From: Candidatus Kerfeldbacteria bacterium | GTDB lineage: Bacteria > Patescibacteriota > Patescibacteriia > UBA9570 | Length of the DNA: 64,000 bases | Direction: 5' to 3' | NCBI GenBank assembly: GCA_016182495.1 | Contig: JACPGK010000032.1 | Coordinates: forward strand, 23,917-87,916 | Part shown: positions 47,716-57,594 of the stretch, in pieces | How positions within the stretch are numbered: the stretch's first letter is position 1 | Layout: each line of letters starts with the position of its first letter | Notes under the pieces: model-generated | Told to the model about the DNA's origin: nothing | Database searches by the model: none | Seen by the model: only the letters and a program-made list of their open reading frames with translations | Position numbers and translations under genes: made by a program

Positions 47716-48228
47716 ATTTCCAATAAAGATTTTCGCCGGAATGAACAAATCCGATCAGCCCAGGTACGGGTGATCGATGCCCAGGGTAACCAATTAGGTG
47801 TATTATCAATTGCCGATGCCCTGCAACGAGCGCGCGAGCAAGAGGTAGATTTGGTTGAAGTATCACCGTTGGCTAATCCACCAGTTTGTAAATTGATTAA
47901 CTACGGCCAACTGCTGTACGAAAAAAATAAACGCGAACGTAAACAAAAAGCCAAACAAAAAAAAGTTGAAGTTAAAGGTATTCGGCTATCCACTACCATT
48001 GGCGATCATGATTTCAGTATTCGCGTCAATCAATCTCAAAAATTTTTAGAAAAAGGTCATAAAGTGTCAATCGAGTTGCTACTACGCGGGCGACAAAAAG
48101 CCCATCCCGAAGTAGGTTTAGAAGTTATGACCAAATTCCTAGCGGCTATTGCCAGCTGGGCGGTAGTAGAATCACCAATTAAACGACAAGGTGGAAAATT
48201 TAATGCCATTGTAACAGCGAAAAAGTAA
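47716..48228 (+). CDS. infC: Translation initiation factor IF-3, starting at a non-AUG codon (ATT at 47716 or ATC at 47704)
   Basis: The in-frame N-terminal extension KDFRRNEQIRSAQVRVIDAQGNQLG matches the conserved IF-3 N-terminus and no ATG is available; PVCKLINYG motif. Confidence 0.8.
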   Translation: MSNKDFRRNEQIRSAQVRVIDAQGNQLGVLSIADALQRAREQEVDLVEVSPLANPPVCKLINYGQLLYEKNKRERKQKAKQKKVEVKGIRLSTTIGDHDFSIRVNQSQKFLEKGHKVSIELLLRGRQKAHPEVGLEVMTKFLAAIASWAVVESPIKRQGGKFNAIVTAKK

Positions 48229-48229
48229 T

Positions 48230-48436
48230 ATGCCTAAAAAAAAGTTAAAGACAGTAAAAACCATCAGCAAACGTATTAAAGTGTCGCACGGTAAAAAGAA
48301 AACCTTACTGATGCGCTCATCCGGCCAAGATCATTTTAATGCACGCGAACGCGGTAAAACGACTCGCAAAAAACGTCGTCATAATACTGTAGCTCGAGTG
48401 AATGAACGTAATGTTCGCCGTGCACTGAACGGATAA
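48230..48436 (+). CDS. rpmI: 50S ribosomal protein L35
   Basis: MPKKKLKTVKTISKRIKVSHGKK. Confidence 0.9.
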   Translation: MPKKKLKTVKTISKRIKVSHGKKKTLLMRSSGQDHFNARERGKTTRKKRRHNTVARVNERNVRRALNG

Positions 48437-48496
48437 CCGAAAGTAATTTTCAATAATCAATTTTCAAAGTATTATTCATAATTCATTGTTAACGAT

Positions 48497-48844
48497 ATGC
48501 CACGTGTTAAACGAGGAACCACTCATGTTCGCCGCCGCAAAACCTTATTAAAACGAGCTAAAGGTTTTCGCCTTGGCCGCCGCAAAACCATTCGCCTTGG
48601 CCGCGTAGCGGTGATTAAATCGGGTGTGCATGCTTATCAAGGTCGCAAATTAAAAAAACGCACTCGCCGCGGTGAATGGAATATCAGTATTAATGCCGCT
48701 GTCCGCGAACATGGCCTATCGTATAGTAAATTTATGAACGGTTTAAAACGCTCCGGCATTACCTTAGATCGTAAAGTATTGAGTCAGTTAGCCAAACAAC
48801 ATCCGGCGGTATTTGCCGAATTGGTCAAAGCCGTAAATGCCTAG
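48497..48844 (+). CDS. rplT: 50S ribosomal protein L20
   Basis: MPRVKRGTTHVRRRKTLLKRAKGFRLGRRK. Confidence 0.9.
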   Translation: MPRVKRGTTHVRRRKTLLKRAKGFRLGRRKTIRLGRVAVIKSGVHAYQGRKLKKRTRRGEWNISINAAVREHGLSYSKFMNGLKRSGITLDRKVLSQLAKQHPAVFAELVKAVNA

Positions 48845-49430
48845 CGTGCAACAGCAGTGCACACCCCAACAGTGGCAATTACTGTTGCGATTTATTGCGG
48901 TAGTGAAAAGCTGGAATACTAAAATCAATCTGATATCACGGCGTGATGTGGATCATATTATGGAACATCATGTAATGCCCTGTTTGTTATTTAAACAACT
49001 GCACCGCTTACATGATCATGAAACCATTATTGATATTGGTAGCGGGGGCGGTTTTCCAGGGGTGATTAACGCTATTGTATTTCCAACCAGTCAATTTGTA
49101 CTGGTTGATGCAACACAAAAAAAAGTTAAAGCCCTCCAAGATATTTGCGCCACTCTAGGCCTGCATAACACCGAGATAGTGTGGGCTCGCATTGAACACC
49201 TGGCTACGAGGTCTGATTATCAGGCTCGCTTTGACCACACCACCAGCCGAGCAGTAGCGCCATTGGCTACACTAGTAAGCTGGAGTCAGCCACTGCTTAA
49301 ATCAGGTGGCACAGTCGAAGCCTTAAAAGGTGGTAACTTGGCTACAGAAATTGCCGCCGTGTCGCAACCAGTCAAGCAATACCGGGTAACGCCATCAGCC
49401 GCTTTAGTGATTGCCAGTGTAATGGTATAA
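48837..49430 (+). CDS. rsmG: 16S rRNA m7G527 methyltransferase RsmG (GidB)
   Basis: IIDIGSGGGFPGV and LVDATQKKVKAL. Confidence 0.85.
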   Translation: MPSVQQQCTPQQWQLLLRFIAVVKSWNTKINLISRRDVDHIMEHHVMPCLLFKQLHRLHDHETIIDIGSGGGFPGVINAIVFPTSQFVLVDATQKKVKALQDICATLGLHNTEIVWARIEHLATRSDYQARFDHTTSRAVAPLATLVSWSQPLLKSGGTVEALKGGNLATEIAAVSQPVKQYRVTPSAALVIASVMV

Positions 49431-49438
49431 TACTACTC

Positions 49439-51244
49439 ATGAAACGTTGGTGTATTGTTTTCATAGTTATACTTAACTTGGGGTTGAGTGATGCGGCCCA
49501 AGCCAAGCCTGCTAAATTTGATACGTTGGCTGATGCTGCCATTGGCACCACTAGTGTAACGGTACGGTATTATAATATAGCCGCTACCAAAAAATTTCAG
49601 TTTCAACTATGGGATAAACGGGCTGGTCGAACCAGCTATCGTAGCATAGACAGTTGGTTTATTAAACGAACCAATAAGAAGAAAAAAATTTTTGAGACCC
49701 CCATTGCCGATTTAAAATCCAATCGTGATTATCGTTTGCGTTATCGTCCAATCTACGGCGGTGATCGACCGGGTTTATGGTCTAATTACCTGTTGTTTCG
49801 TACCAAAAATCAATCTGTTACTTTTAATTTAACTTCGGCCGTTACGTTAGCAACCGATGATGTGCCGCAGGTGGTGATGGCCGATTCAGGACCACATCCT
49901 ATGACATTACAAAACGATGGCAGCTGGAGCTTTGAATTAGAAGGCGTCAGCCGTGATGATGTGATTCAATTTGTATTGTCGCGTAATTTTTTAAGTACCA
50001 TTGGCTATGAACAATTTGAACCAGATGATCCTACAGCCTGGCGCGAGTTTACCGTAACAGATTTACCGCTCGAACGTAACGTTACCGTAGAACAATGGCG
50101 CTGGTTTGATCCTAGTGTAAGCAGTGGTACGGTATCTACCGATGCCTGGGTAGTAACCGATCGTGACCAGTTTGTTGTGAGTGCTATGTTACCGAGCGAT
50201 TATACCGATGCCAGCGATAGTTATTTAGTAGCTTCAACCATGCAAACACTAGCCGAAGCTGGTTTTAATTATGTCACTATCCCCTACTCTGCTCGATTTT
50301 TGTTAAGTGCTAATCCGCTTACAGCCGAAAGCCGATCGAATAAAAATACCCCTAGCACCGAACAACTAGAAAGTATCCTCACTGAAGCCACTAGCACTGG
50401 CTTAACACCAATACTATATTTACAAATGAAACTTGATCCCGATAATGCTGATGCTATAGCTAATGATTTAGCTGGCACGCACGATACTTCGTATCTGACG
50501 AGTTATTTAACGGAGTGGCGTCAAACCATGCGTGATGGAGTGGAATTCGCTATGGCTCATGCTATTACCACGGTAGTGCTTGAACCAACTTTTGACACGT
50601 TAGAGTACAGCGATGACGCTCAACAACAGTATATCAGCTTTATTATTGCTAATGATTTATTACCAATGATTGCTGATGGTTACAGCGGTATATTAACAAG
50701 CGGGGCTGTGAACAATGACGGCGATTTTAGTTGGTATGCAGCTAGCCAATTAGATTGGGTGGGCATTAATTGGCAACCGGATTTAACTGATAGTTTGGAG
50801 CCTACCATGGCAAATATGTATACTACCGCAGTAACTGCTGTAACGAACGAGCTAGCTAGCCTAAACGCTTTATACAACAAACCAATCTACCTAGCCGGTT
50901 TTACGCTGGCCAGCTGGGATGGCGCAGCGGGAGCTTTACCAGCTAGCCTAGTGCCAACTAATGCCGTTGATCCGGCTGAACCAATCAATGATGCTTATCC
51001 GCGCGACTATCAAGAACAAGCTGATGCCTATGAAGCCGCCTGGCGGGTTGTGGCCGACAGTAACTTTATTGTTGGCGCCACTACGCAACGATACGGCTAC
51101 TTTGATATTCACGATACCACCGAGGCGATTCGTAACAAACCAGCCGAACAGGTGTGGAGCCGGTGGATAGATTTGTTTAGCGATGCTCCTACCACCGTGC
51201 TCTTGCTGGCGTCGTTCAATTTTTCGATTCACTTCTCCAGGTAA
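49439..51244 (+). CDS. Secreted hypothetical protein (601 aa), possibly a TIM-barrel carbohydrate-active enzyme
   Basis: Signal peptide MKRWCIVFIVILNLGLSDAAQA; no motif assignable by eye. Confidence 0.45.
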   Translation: MKRWCIVFIVILNLGLSDAAQAKPAKFDTLADAAIGTTSVTVRYYNIAATKKFQFQLWDKRAGRTSYRSIDSWFIKRTNKKKKIFETPIADLKSNRDYRLRYRPIYGGDRPGLWSNYLLFRTKNQSVTFNLTSAVTLATDDVPQVVMADSGPHPMTLQNDGSWSFELEGVSRDDVIQFVLSRNFLSTIGYEQFEPDDPTAWREFTVTDLPLERNVTVEQWRWFDPSVSSGTVSTDAWVVTDRDQFVVSAMLPSDYTDASDSYLVASTMQTLAEAGFNYVTIPYSARFLLSANPLTAESRSNKNTPSTEQLESILTEATSTGLTPILYLQMKLDPDNADAIANDLAGTHDTSYLTSYLTEWRQTMRDGVEFAMAHAITTVVLEPTFDTLEYSDDAQQQYISFIIANDLLPMIADGYSGILTSGAVNNDGDFSWYAASQLDWVGINWQPDLTDSLEPTMANMYTTAVTAVTNELASLNALYNKPIYLAGFTLASWDGAAGALPASLVPTNAVDPAEPINDAYPRDYQEQADAYEAAWRVVADSNFIVGATTQRYGYFDIHDTTEAIRNKPAEQVWSRWIDLFSDAPTTVLLLASFNFSIHFSR

Positions 51245-51265
51245 AAATACCATAAACAATCAAGG

Positions 51266-52438
51266 TTACTCTAGATATTGCCGTTGTGTCAACTGTTCGG
51301 GTAAGTTGCTTTGTCCTTGATGTTGGCCATAGCCTACTTGTTTCATCAGGGTGGTAGGAGCATTGCGTAAATGCATTGGTACGGGAGCGGCCTCGGTTTC
51401 GCGAATATCGCTTAACACTTGTTGGGCAGCTTGGTACACGACCCGCGATTTTGGAGCTTGAGCGCAATAGGCCACCGCTTGAAATATAGCGTACTGACCT
51501 TCAGGCATACCCAAAAAATGAACGGTTTGGTAGGCGGCGACACATAGGGATAAAGCTTGCGCATCGGCCAAACCAATATCTTCGGAAGCAAATTCGACTA
51601 CTCGACGCATCACGTATAACGGATCTTCTCCCGAATTCAACATGCGCCCACACCAATACAAGGCGGCATTCACATCGCTAGCCCGCATGGTTTTATGTAA
51701 AGCTGAAATTAAATTGTAATGTTCTTCACCGGCTTTATCGTAGCGTAAGGCTACTTTAGTTAAAATATCTTTTACTTGAGAATGGGTCAATTGGCTAACA
51801 TCTGTAAAATTCTTCTGCAGTAGTTCAATAGTGTTCAACGCTACCCGAGCATCACCATCAGCCATATTGGCAATCAAGCCAACTACCTCGGTTGGTAACG
51901 ACAATTTAGTGTGGCTGATAATTGTGGTAATGTCGGCAGTGGTCAGACGTTCAAACACAAACACTTGGCAACGCGATAGTAAGGCCGAATTCAACTCAAA
52001 CGATGGATTTTCGGTGGTGGCACCAATTAAGGTGATAATGCCCTGCTCAATAAACGGCAGTAAGGAATCTTGCTGGGCTTTATTCCAACGGTGAATCTCA
52101 TCAATAAATACCACGGTGCGCTTAGCATGCAATTCTTTATCAGTTTTGGCTTGGCTGGTAATATCACGCAGTTCTTTTACGCCAGCGGTGACGGCTGATA
52201 ACGTGACAAATTTAGCTTGACTGGCTTGGGCGATAACATGGGCCAGAGTGGTTTTGCCGCTACCAGGTGGGCCCCAAAAAATCATCGATAGCAACTGATC
52301 TTGCTCAATCAGGCGTCGAATACTGCCAGTGTTACCTACCAATTTAGCCTGACCAACAAACTGGGCTAACGTACTGGGTCGCAATTGTTCCGCCAGTGGT
52401 TGATGTTGGGCAAGATTATGCTGAAATAATGAATCCAT
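51266..52438 (-). CDS. rarA: Replication-associated recombination protein A (MgsA/RarA AAA+ ATPase)
   Basis: FWGPPGSGKTTLAHVIA, VVFIDEIHRWNKAQQDSLLP and a MgsA C-terminal domain. Confidence 0.85.
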   Translation of the reverse strand: MDSLFQHNLAQHQPLAEQLRPSTLAQFVGQAKLVGNTGSIRRLIEQDQLLSMIFWGPPGSGKTTLAHVIAQASQAKFVTLSAVTAGVKELRDITSQAKTDKELHAKRTVVFIDEIHRWNKAQQDSLLPFIEQGIITLIGATTENPSFELNSALLSRCQVFVFERLTTADITTIISHTKLSLPTEVVGLIANMADGDARVALNTIELLQKNFTDVSQLTHSQVKDILTKVALRYDKAGEEHYNLISALHKTMRASDVNAALYWCGRMLNSGEDPLYVMRRVVEFASEDIGLADAQALSLCVAAYQTVHFLGMPEGQYAIFQAVAYCAQAPKSRVVYQAAQQVLSDIRETEAAPVPMHLRNAPTTLMKQVGYGQHQGQSNLPEQLTQRQYLE

Positions 52439-53442
52439 TAGCTTTGACGTTGGCGCATGGCTTGACGAATTTTTCTGATACTAGCTCGGGCAATAAAGAA
52501 TACAGGTACAAAAATAACACTATAAACGGCCAACCAAATAAAGAATACGGTTATTTTACCAGTGGAACGAATTAATGAATAGATTGCTCGGCCAAATTCG
52601 TATTTCACCATGCCAGCGAAAGTTGAGCGATCATATTGATAGTAATTGCCTTCCCAAAATGATACATATTGAGCAATATGCACGGTCACATTCACTAAAT
52701 TATATTGAGCAATGGTTTCATCGCGCGCTTGTTTTGAATCTTCAATGATTTGCCGGGTGGTGACGAGTTGCTCTTGAGCAGCGCTGCGGGCGGCGTCGGT
52801 TGATTGTGGTGAAGCAATAACATTTTCTAATTTGGTCACTTGTTGTTGAGCAAAATCAAGGTACTCATCCATCGCCACCACTTCTGAACTGACATTAGCT
52901 ACCGTATATTGAGTGACTTCAACTTCGTTATTGGCATCCAGTGTTTTGAGAGTATCTTCAAAGCTTTGTAATTGATCATTGGGTAATTGAATATCAATTG
53001 TGCCGCTGGTATCGTAATAAGAAATATTAACAATGTAGCCACCTAATCGGGTTACTTCTTCGCGCACACTATTGATAATATCTAACGTATCATTTTTAAC
53101 ATCAAGGGCCAACTCAATTGATTCACTAAACACTGATTTTGACTGCCCATCATCTTGATAGGTATACTCTTGGTCAACCTCATCATTATAACGAGGTTCA
53201 TCACGATCAAAAAAATCAAGCTCTTCCACCTGAATACCATTACTCGATAAACCACTCACTTCCGGAGAACCTAAAGCCAATGAATCACCCAGTGCCTTCT
53301 CTTTCGGCATTGAACGGTTCGAGGTGGCGTACGCAGTAATTAATGCCAAGCCAGCTAAACCTAGGCCACCGATAGTATAGCCTAGCACTGCCCAGGACTT
53401 TTTTTTGGTTGATTGAGCTTGTTCCATAGAAATGGTAGTCAA
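52438..53442 (-). CDS. DUF4349-like membrane protein (N-terminal TM, coiled-coil ectodomain, two C-terminal TM helices)
   Basis: Architecture only. Confidence 0.4.
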   Translation of the reverse strand: MTTISMEQAQSTKKKSWAVLGYTIGGLGLAGLALITAYATSNRSMPKEKALGDSLALGSPEVSGLSSNGIQVEELDFFDRDEPRYNDEVDQEYTYQDDGQSKSVFSESIELALDVKNDTLDIINSVREEVTRLGGYIVNISYYDTSGTIDIQLPNDQLQSFEDTLKTLDANNEVEVTQYTVANVSSEVVAMDEYLDFAQQQVTKLENVIASPQSTDAARSAAQEQLVTTRQIIEDSKQARDETIAQYNLVNVTVHIAQYVSFWEGNYYQYDRSTFAGMVKYEFGRAIYSLIRSTGKITVFFIWLAVYSVIFVPVFFIARASIRKIRQAMRQRQS

Positions 53443-53557
53443 TGAATTAGAGTTGATTGATGATTAAATTGAGTGATAAAGATGGTTTGAATAGTATGAC
53501 TAAAATCATAAAAAATTACAATGAACAACGCTCCACTACAATACCTGCAGCAGAGCG

Positions 53558-54538
53558 CTATTCCTCCATCTGGTCATGTGAGCCTCCGTTAGCAGCCAAC
53601 AGCTCGGCATGATGCTCACGCCGTTGCGTTTGCACCAACGCCCTAATTTCCAGGCCTATTTGAATGTAGACCAAGAAATTAAATAGAGCGGTATGGCCAA
53701 AGTGGCACCACAGTGGGCGAGCGTAGTACCAGCGGGTACGCAGCTCGGCCAGGCTGATGCCGTCATCTTCGGCCGGACGGCTAAACCGAGCCTCGCTGGG
53801 ATGCACAATCATATCGGCCTTCGTAGCACAGAAGAACCGATAGATAATGCTCTCCCGGGCACGCAACTGTTGACCCAACGCCTCAACTGCCTTGAGGTGT
53901 ATATCGTCGGGCTTAAAGTGCTCTGCCCCGGGCAGCGAGCTCATGGCCCACAGCCGCGATCCCTGCCAAGGAGTGGAGATGCACAGTACGGCATCTAGGC
54001 GAATACCCTGCTGTTGCAGCAGCTGGTGCGCCAGTACCGTAAGATCTTGTCCACCCTTGCTAAAACCCAAGCCGATGATTGGAACACCGGCTTGATAGTC
54101 GGGTAACAAAACTTCAGCCACCCAAGTTTGGTTAAGCAACGCTAACCGGTGGTAGAAGTTATACCCACCGTATATATCCACGTTGCCACCATTGGGCGTG
54201 CGCAGTACCAGTACCCGACAGCTCCAGCTGCGGCTTAGCCTACGGGCAAACCAGTAGGCGTGAGCTGGTACTTGGCCAAAGCCGACCCCCAGTACCACGG
54301 TAGCTAGCTGCGCTCCCCGTGGCTTGAACTCACGCGGCATTTGGCCATGGTATCGCCGCACGTGATAATGCGTGTAGCGTTCCAGTGGCCGAACTATGCC
54401 GTGAGTGAAAATCAACTGAACAATCTGTTTGATACTAGCCTGCTGACGTTGCAGCCGAAGAATATGAAACTTCAGCCACCGGCGCCACAGACTGAACTGA
54501 AACTTCCAACCACGGTTATGGTTGTTTATCTTGTCCAC
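53558..54538 (-). CDS. Alpha/beta-hydrolase (lipase/esterase-like) carried on a GC-rich segment
   Basis: Nucleophile-elbow IIGLGFSKGG (GxSxG followed by G); GC clearly elevated compared with the flanks, with multiple antisense ORFs that are a high-GC artefact. Confidence 0.55.
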   Translation of the reverse strand: MDKINNHNRGWKFQFSLWRRWLKFHILRLQRQQASIKQIVQLIFTHGIVRPLERYTHYHVRRYHGQMPREFKPRGAQLATVVLGVGFGQVPAHAYWFARRLSRSWSCRVLVLRTPNGGNVDIYGGYNFYHRLALLNQTWVAEVLLPDYQAGVPIIGLGFSKGGQDLTVLAHQLLQQQGIRLDAVLCISTPWQGSRLWAMSSLPGAEHFKPDDIHLKAVEALGQQLRARESIIYRFFCATKADMIVHPSEARFSRPAEDDGISLAELRTRWYYARPLWCHFGHTALFNFLVYIQIGLEIRALVQTQRREHHAELLAANGGSHDQMEE

Positions 54539-54621
54539 TACGAATCACTCCATGAGCTGCCCTTTGTGGCAGCATGTGGTAGCAGCGCCAGCGTAGTACC
54601 AATACTAGGTAATGTCAAACC

Positions 54622-56385
54622 TTAAACGATGTGGCGAGTACGATAATTACGCCGCCAGTTATGCTCGTGTTTTTCTTTACGTTCTAATTCTAAAGCTGGT
54701 CGATACAATATATCAATGTACTCTTCCAGCATGCGACGGGCAGAAAATTTTGTCCATACCAATTTCATGGTAGCTTTCATCCGTTGTACCCAATCAGACG
54801 ATATCCCTTGATTGTTACGTTGATAATATAATGGCACGACCTGCTGTTCTAAAATGTCATATAATTCACCAGCTCCGTCATCGGGAATTTCCCAACCAAT
54901 ACCGGTTAGTTTGGCTTCTACCACCCAACCATCACTCACCGAACACTGCAACACGCCATTGGCGCCAGCTTTCATACCACTGGTACCACTGGCTTCTTGC
55001 CCACGAATGGGAGTGTTCAACCAAACATCGGATCCAGATACTAATACATCGGCTAAGGCTAAACTATAATTTGGAACAAACACCACCTGATCCTGCAGTT
55101 GAAATTGTTTAATCAGCTGGTTAATATGAACAATCGCTTGATGCATAGTGGCATCATTGGGATGTGCCTTGCCGGCTAACACAATTTGCACTGGCCTAGC
55201 TGTTTGCGTTACTAACCGTTGTAATCGTTTCATATCACTAAACAACATGGTAGGGCGTTTATAGGCAGCAAAGCGGCGCGCCCACGTAATGATAATATGA
55301 TCTTGCTGTAAATGTTTGCCAGTGCGATATTGAATTTCATCAATCAAACGATGTTTAGCCATGTCATGCACTCGCCATAATTCGTGTTCTGGCATATCAG
55401 TAATGGCTTTAGTATCAAAATACGGCGCTTGGGCTTTAATATCGGCATTCACCCAAGTAGCCAGGTGCACGCCGTTGGTAATAGCTGGCATAGTAACATC
55501 GGGCCACATTTGTTTGGCCATGGTGGAATGATACTGACTAACGGTATTAGTGTGACAAGCCATGTTTAAGGCTAGTCGAGTTAAACTAAAATCATTGGGC
55601 GACCCAGCCACCGTACCTTGAGCTAACATATCATTCATTGGCAAACCGAGTTGTTTAGCATAGGTACTCAATTGATCCGTCACCTGCGTACAGGTAAACA
55701 CTTCGTTACCACCCGGAATTAAGGTGTGGTTGGTAAACACAATTTTTTGGCGGCCATAATTGTAGGCATCATAAAATGACATGCCATATTCGTTCATATA
55801 ATGGTAAGTGATTTCAAATATGGCCAACGCCGAATGACTTTCGTTCAAATGAAAAATCGAAGGATGAATGTGTAAAGCCATTAAAGCGCGCACCCCGCCA
55901 ATGCCTAGGACAATTTCTTGCAATAACCGATTAGCACGATCATTACCGTATAACCGACGCGTAATTAAGCGATGCTCTGGGGTATTTTGCGGAACATCGG
56001 TATCTAATAAATACACCGACACATCGCCTTCTAAATATTCCCAAATTTGAAAAAAAATCTCTCCTTGAGCCACTGGGATACTTACCAATAATGGATCTCC
56101 TTGCATGGTGGCTACTAATTCAATCGGGGCGTCAGAAATGTTCAGTAGCGGGTAATCCTCTTTTTGCTCGCCAGTTAAGGTAAGGCGCTGCTTAAAATAG
56201 CCCTGCTTGTAGAACAAGCCTACTGCCACAAAGGGTAGTTCTTGGGTATTGGCTTGGCGAACAATATCGCCAGCTAACACACCTAAACCACCGGCATAAA
56301 TTGGCAGCCGTTCATCCACAGCGAATTCCGCACTCATGTAGGCTAGTGGATGTTCGCCCAAGGTACTACGAAACTTGCGTAAATT
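54622..56385 (-). CDS. Alpha-glucan (glycogen/maltodextrin) phosphorylase, short GT35 form
   Basis: AYMSAEFAVDERLPIYAGGLGVLAGD...VAVGLFYKQGYFKQ; the start is set at MNLRKF (56385) rather than the track start. Confidence 0.8.
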   Translation of the reverse strand, partial: NLRKFRSTLGEHPLAYMSAEFAVDERLPIYAGGLGVLAGDIVRQANTQELPFVAVGLFYKQGYFKQRLTLTGEQKEDYPLLNISDAPIELVATMQGDPLLVSIPVAQGEIFFQIWEYLEGDVSVYLLDTDVPQNTPEHRLITRRLYGNDRANRLLQEIVLGIGGVRALMALHIHPSIFHLNESHSALAIFEITYHYMNEYGMSFYDAYNYGRQKIVFTNHTLIPGGNEVFTCTQVTDQLSTYAKQLGLPMNDMLAQGTVAGSPNDFSLTRLALNMACHTNTVSQYHSTMAKQMWPDVTMPAITNGVHLATWVNADIKAQAPYFDTKAITDMPEHELWRVHDMAKHRLIDEIQYRTGKHLQQDHIIITWARRFAAYKRPTMLFSDMKRLQRLVTQTARPVQIVLAGKAHPNDATMHQAIVHINQLIKQFQLQDQVVFVPNYSLALADVLVSGSDVWLNTPIRGQEASGTSGMKAGANGVLQCSVSDGWVVEAKLTGIGWEIPDDGAGELYDILEQQVVPLYYQRNNQGISSDWVQRMKATMKLVWTKFSARRMLEEYIDILYRPALELERKEKHEHNWRRNYRTRHIV

Positions 56386-56428
56386 CATTGAGACTAATAG
56401 TATAGCATAATAGTAGCCTGACGTATAT

Positions 56429-57070
56429 ATGGGACGCAGAAAAAAATTAGAAAAATTTGCCGACTTAAACACATTTGCTTCAGTATTACAGTATCCGTTA
56501 GCCATGGCTGGACAGTGGACTGCCTGGTTTGGTAATACTCAACCAATCGTGTTGGAATTAGGCTGTGGTAAAGGCGATTACAGTTTGGCTCTGGCCAGCC
56601 AACACCCTGAAAAAAATTATATTGGCATTGATATTCAAGGTGAACGTTTATGGTATGGCGCCAGGGCTGCAGACCAAGCTCAATTAAACAATATGGCCTG
56701 GTTACGCCTGCCGATTGAACAACTAAACGAACAATTTTTAGCCGGCGAAGTTGCCGAACTGTGGTTAACATTTCCAGATCCGTTTCCACGTGACCGCCAA
56801 GCCAAAAAAAGGCTCACCTCTCCTCGATTTTTACAGATGTATAAAACTATTCTTCAACCAGATGGTGTGATGCACCTAAAAACTGATTCGGCCGAACTAT
56901 TTGACTATAGTGTAGCCATGGTGACTGCTGACAATGGCTATATTCTAGCCGCCGTATCGGATGTGTATCGCGATCAACCCGTACCGTCTGAATTGGCTAT
57001 TACCACTACCTTTGAACGCCGCCATTTAGCCGCCGGAAAAACCATTCACTATTTAGCGTGGCAGTGGTAA
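56429..57070 (+). CDS. trmB: tRNA (guanine46-N7)-methyltransferase
   Basis: VLELGCGKGDY, IGIDIQ and WLTFPDPFP. Confidence 0.85.
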   Translation: MGRRKKLEKFADLNTFASVLQYPLAMAGQWTAWFGNTQPIVLELGCGKGDYSLALASQHPEKNYIGIDIQGERLWYGARAADQAQLNNMAWLRLPIEQLNEQFLAGEVAELWLTFPDPFPRDRQAKKRLTSPRFLQMYKTILQPDGVMHLKTDSAELFDYSVAMVTADNGYILAAVSDVYRDQPVPSELAITTTFERRHLAAGKTIHYLAWQW

Positions 57071-57082
57071 CATGCTCTAATT

Positions 57083-57592
57083 ATGGAACAAGAACCGATC
57101 CAAGAAGTATGGGGTTATCAACGCTTAAAAACTGGCATTATTGATGCTTTCGAAAATAATCAGTCCGGATTAACAGCTTACGAGCACTTACCCCGCCAAT
57201 TATCACTCGGTGATCACACGGTACCTGGTTCGTTTGCTGGTATGATCCACTCTCATTCCAATGGACTAACATTCTCCCCGTTCGATATTGCCAACCTTCT
57301 CACTATACCTGATCTTAAATTTTCGCTAGTGTCATTTAGCGATCGAGCGGCGGCTTTAGTGACCACCGCCGACACCCAGTGGTTGCCTATCACTAATCGC
57401 GAACACCAAGCCGAGCGCTGGACTAGTCAAATCGACCAACGCCTAGATCGTTTTCATACAAACGATGCAGCGGTTAATCTAGTCAATACACAGCAAGCGA
57501 TACTGGCCATGGTAAAAACACTGGCATCACGCTATCGTTTAGGTTATTACGAAGGATCATTAACTAGTGATTCGCTTCAGCGCGTTGCTTAA
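57083..57592 (+). CDS. Hypothetical protein with a JAB/MPN-like E...HSHx6Sx2D motif
   Basis: YEHL...MIHSHSNGLTFSPFDI. Confidence 0.35.
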   Translation: MEQEPIQEVWGYQRLKTGIIDAFENNQSGLTAYEHLPRQLSLGDHTVPGSFAGMIHSHSNGLTFSPFDIANLLTIPDLKFSLVSFSDRAAALVTTADTQWLPITNREHQAERWTSQIDQRLDRFHTNDAAVNLVNTQQAILAMVKTLASRYRLGYYEGSLTSDSLQRVA

Positions 57593-57594
57593 GG

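Noticed and set aside
53693-54095. Plus-strand ORFs 53693-53998 and 53892-54095 within the GC-rich hydrolase gene
   Set aside because: This is a high-GC artefact. The minus-strand ORF carries the GxSxG hydrolase motif and spans the entire island.
56386-56505. 40-codon N-terminal extension of the alpha-glucan phosphorylase
   Set aside because: Phosphorylase homology begins near MNLRKF, and the extension would run into the divergent trmB promoter region.
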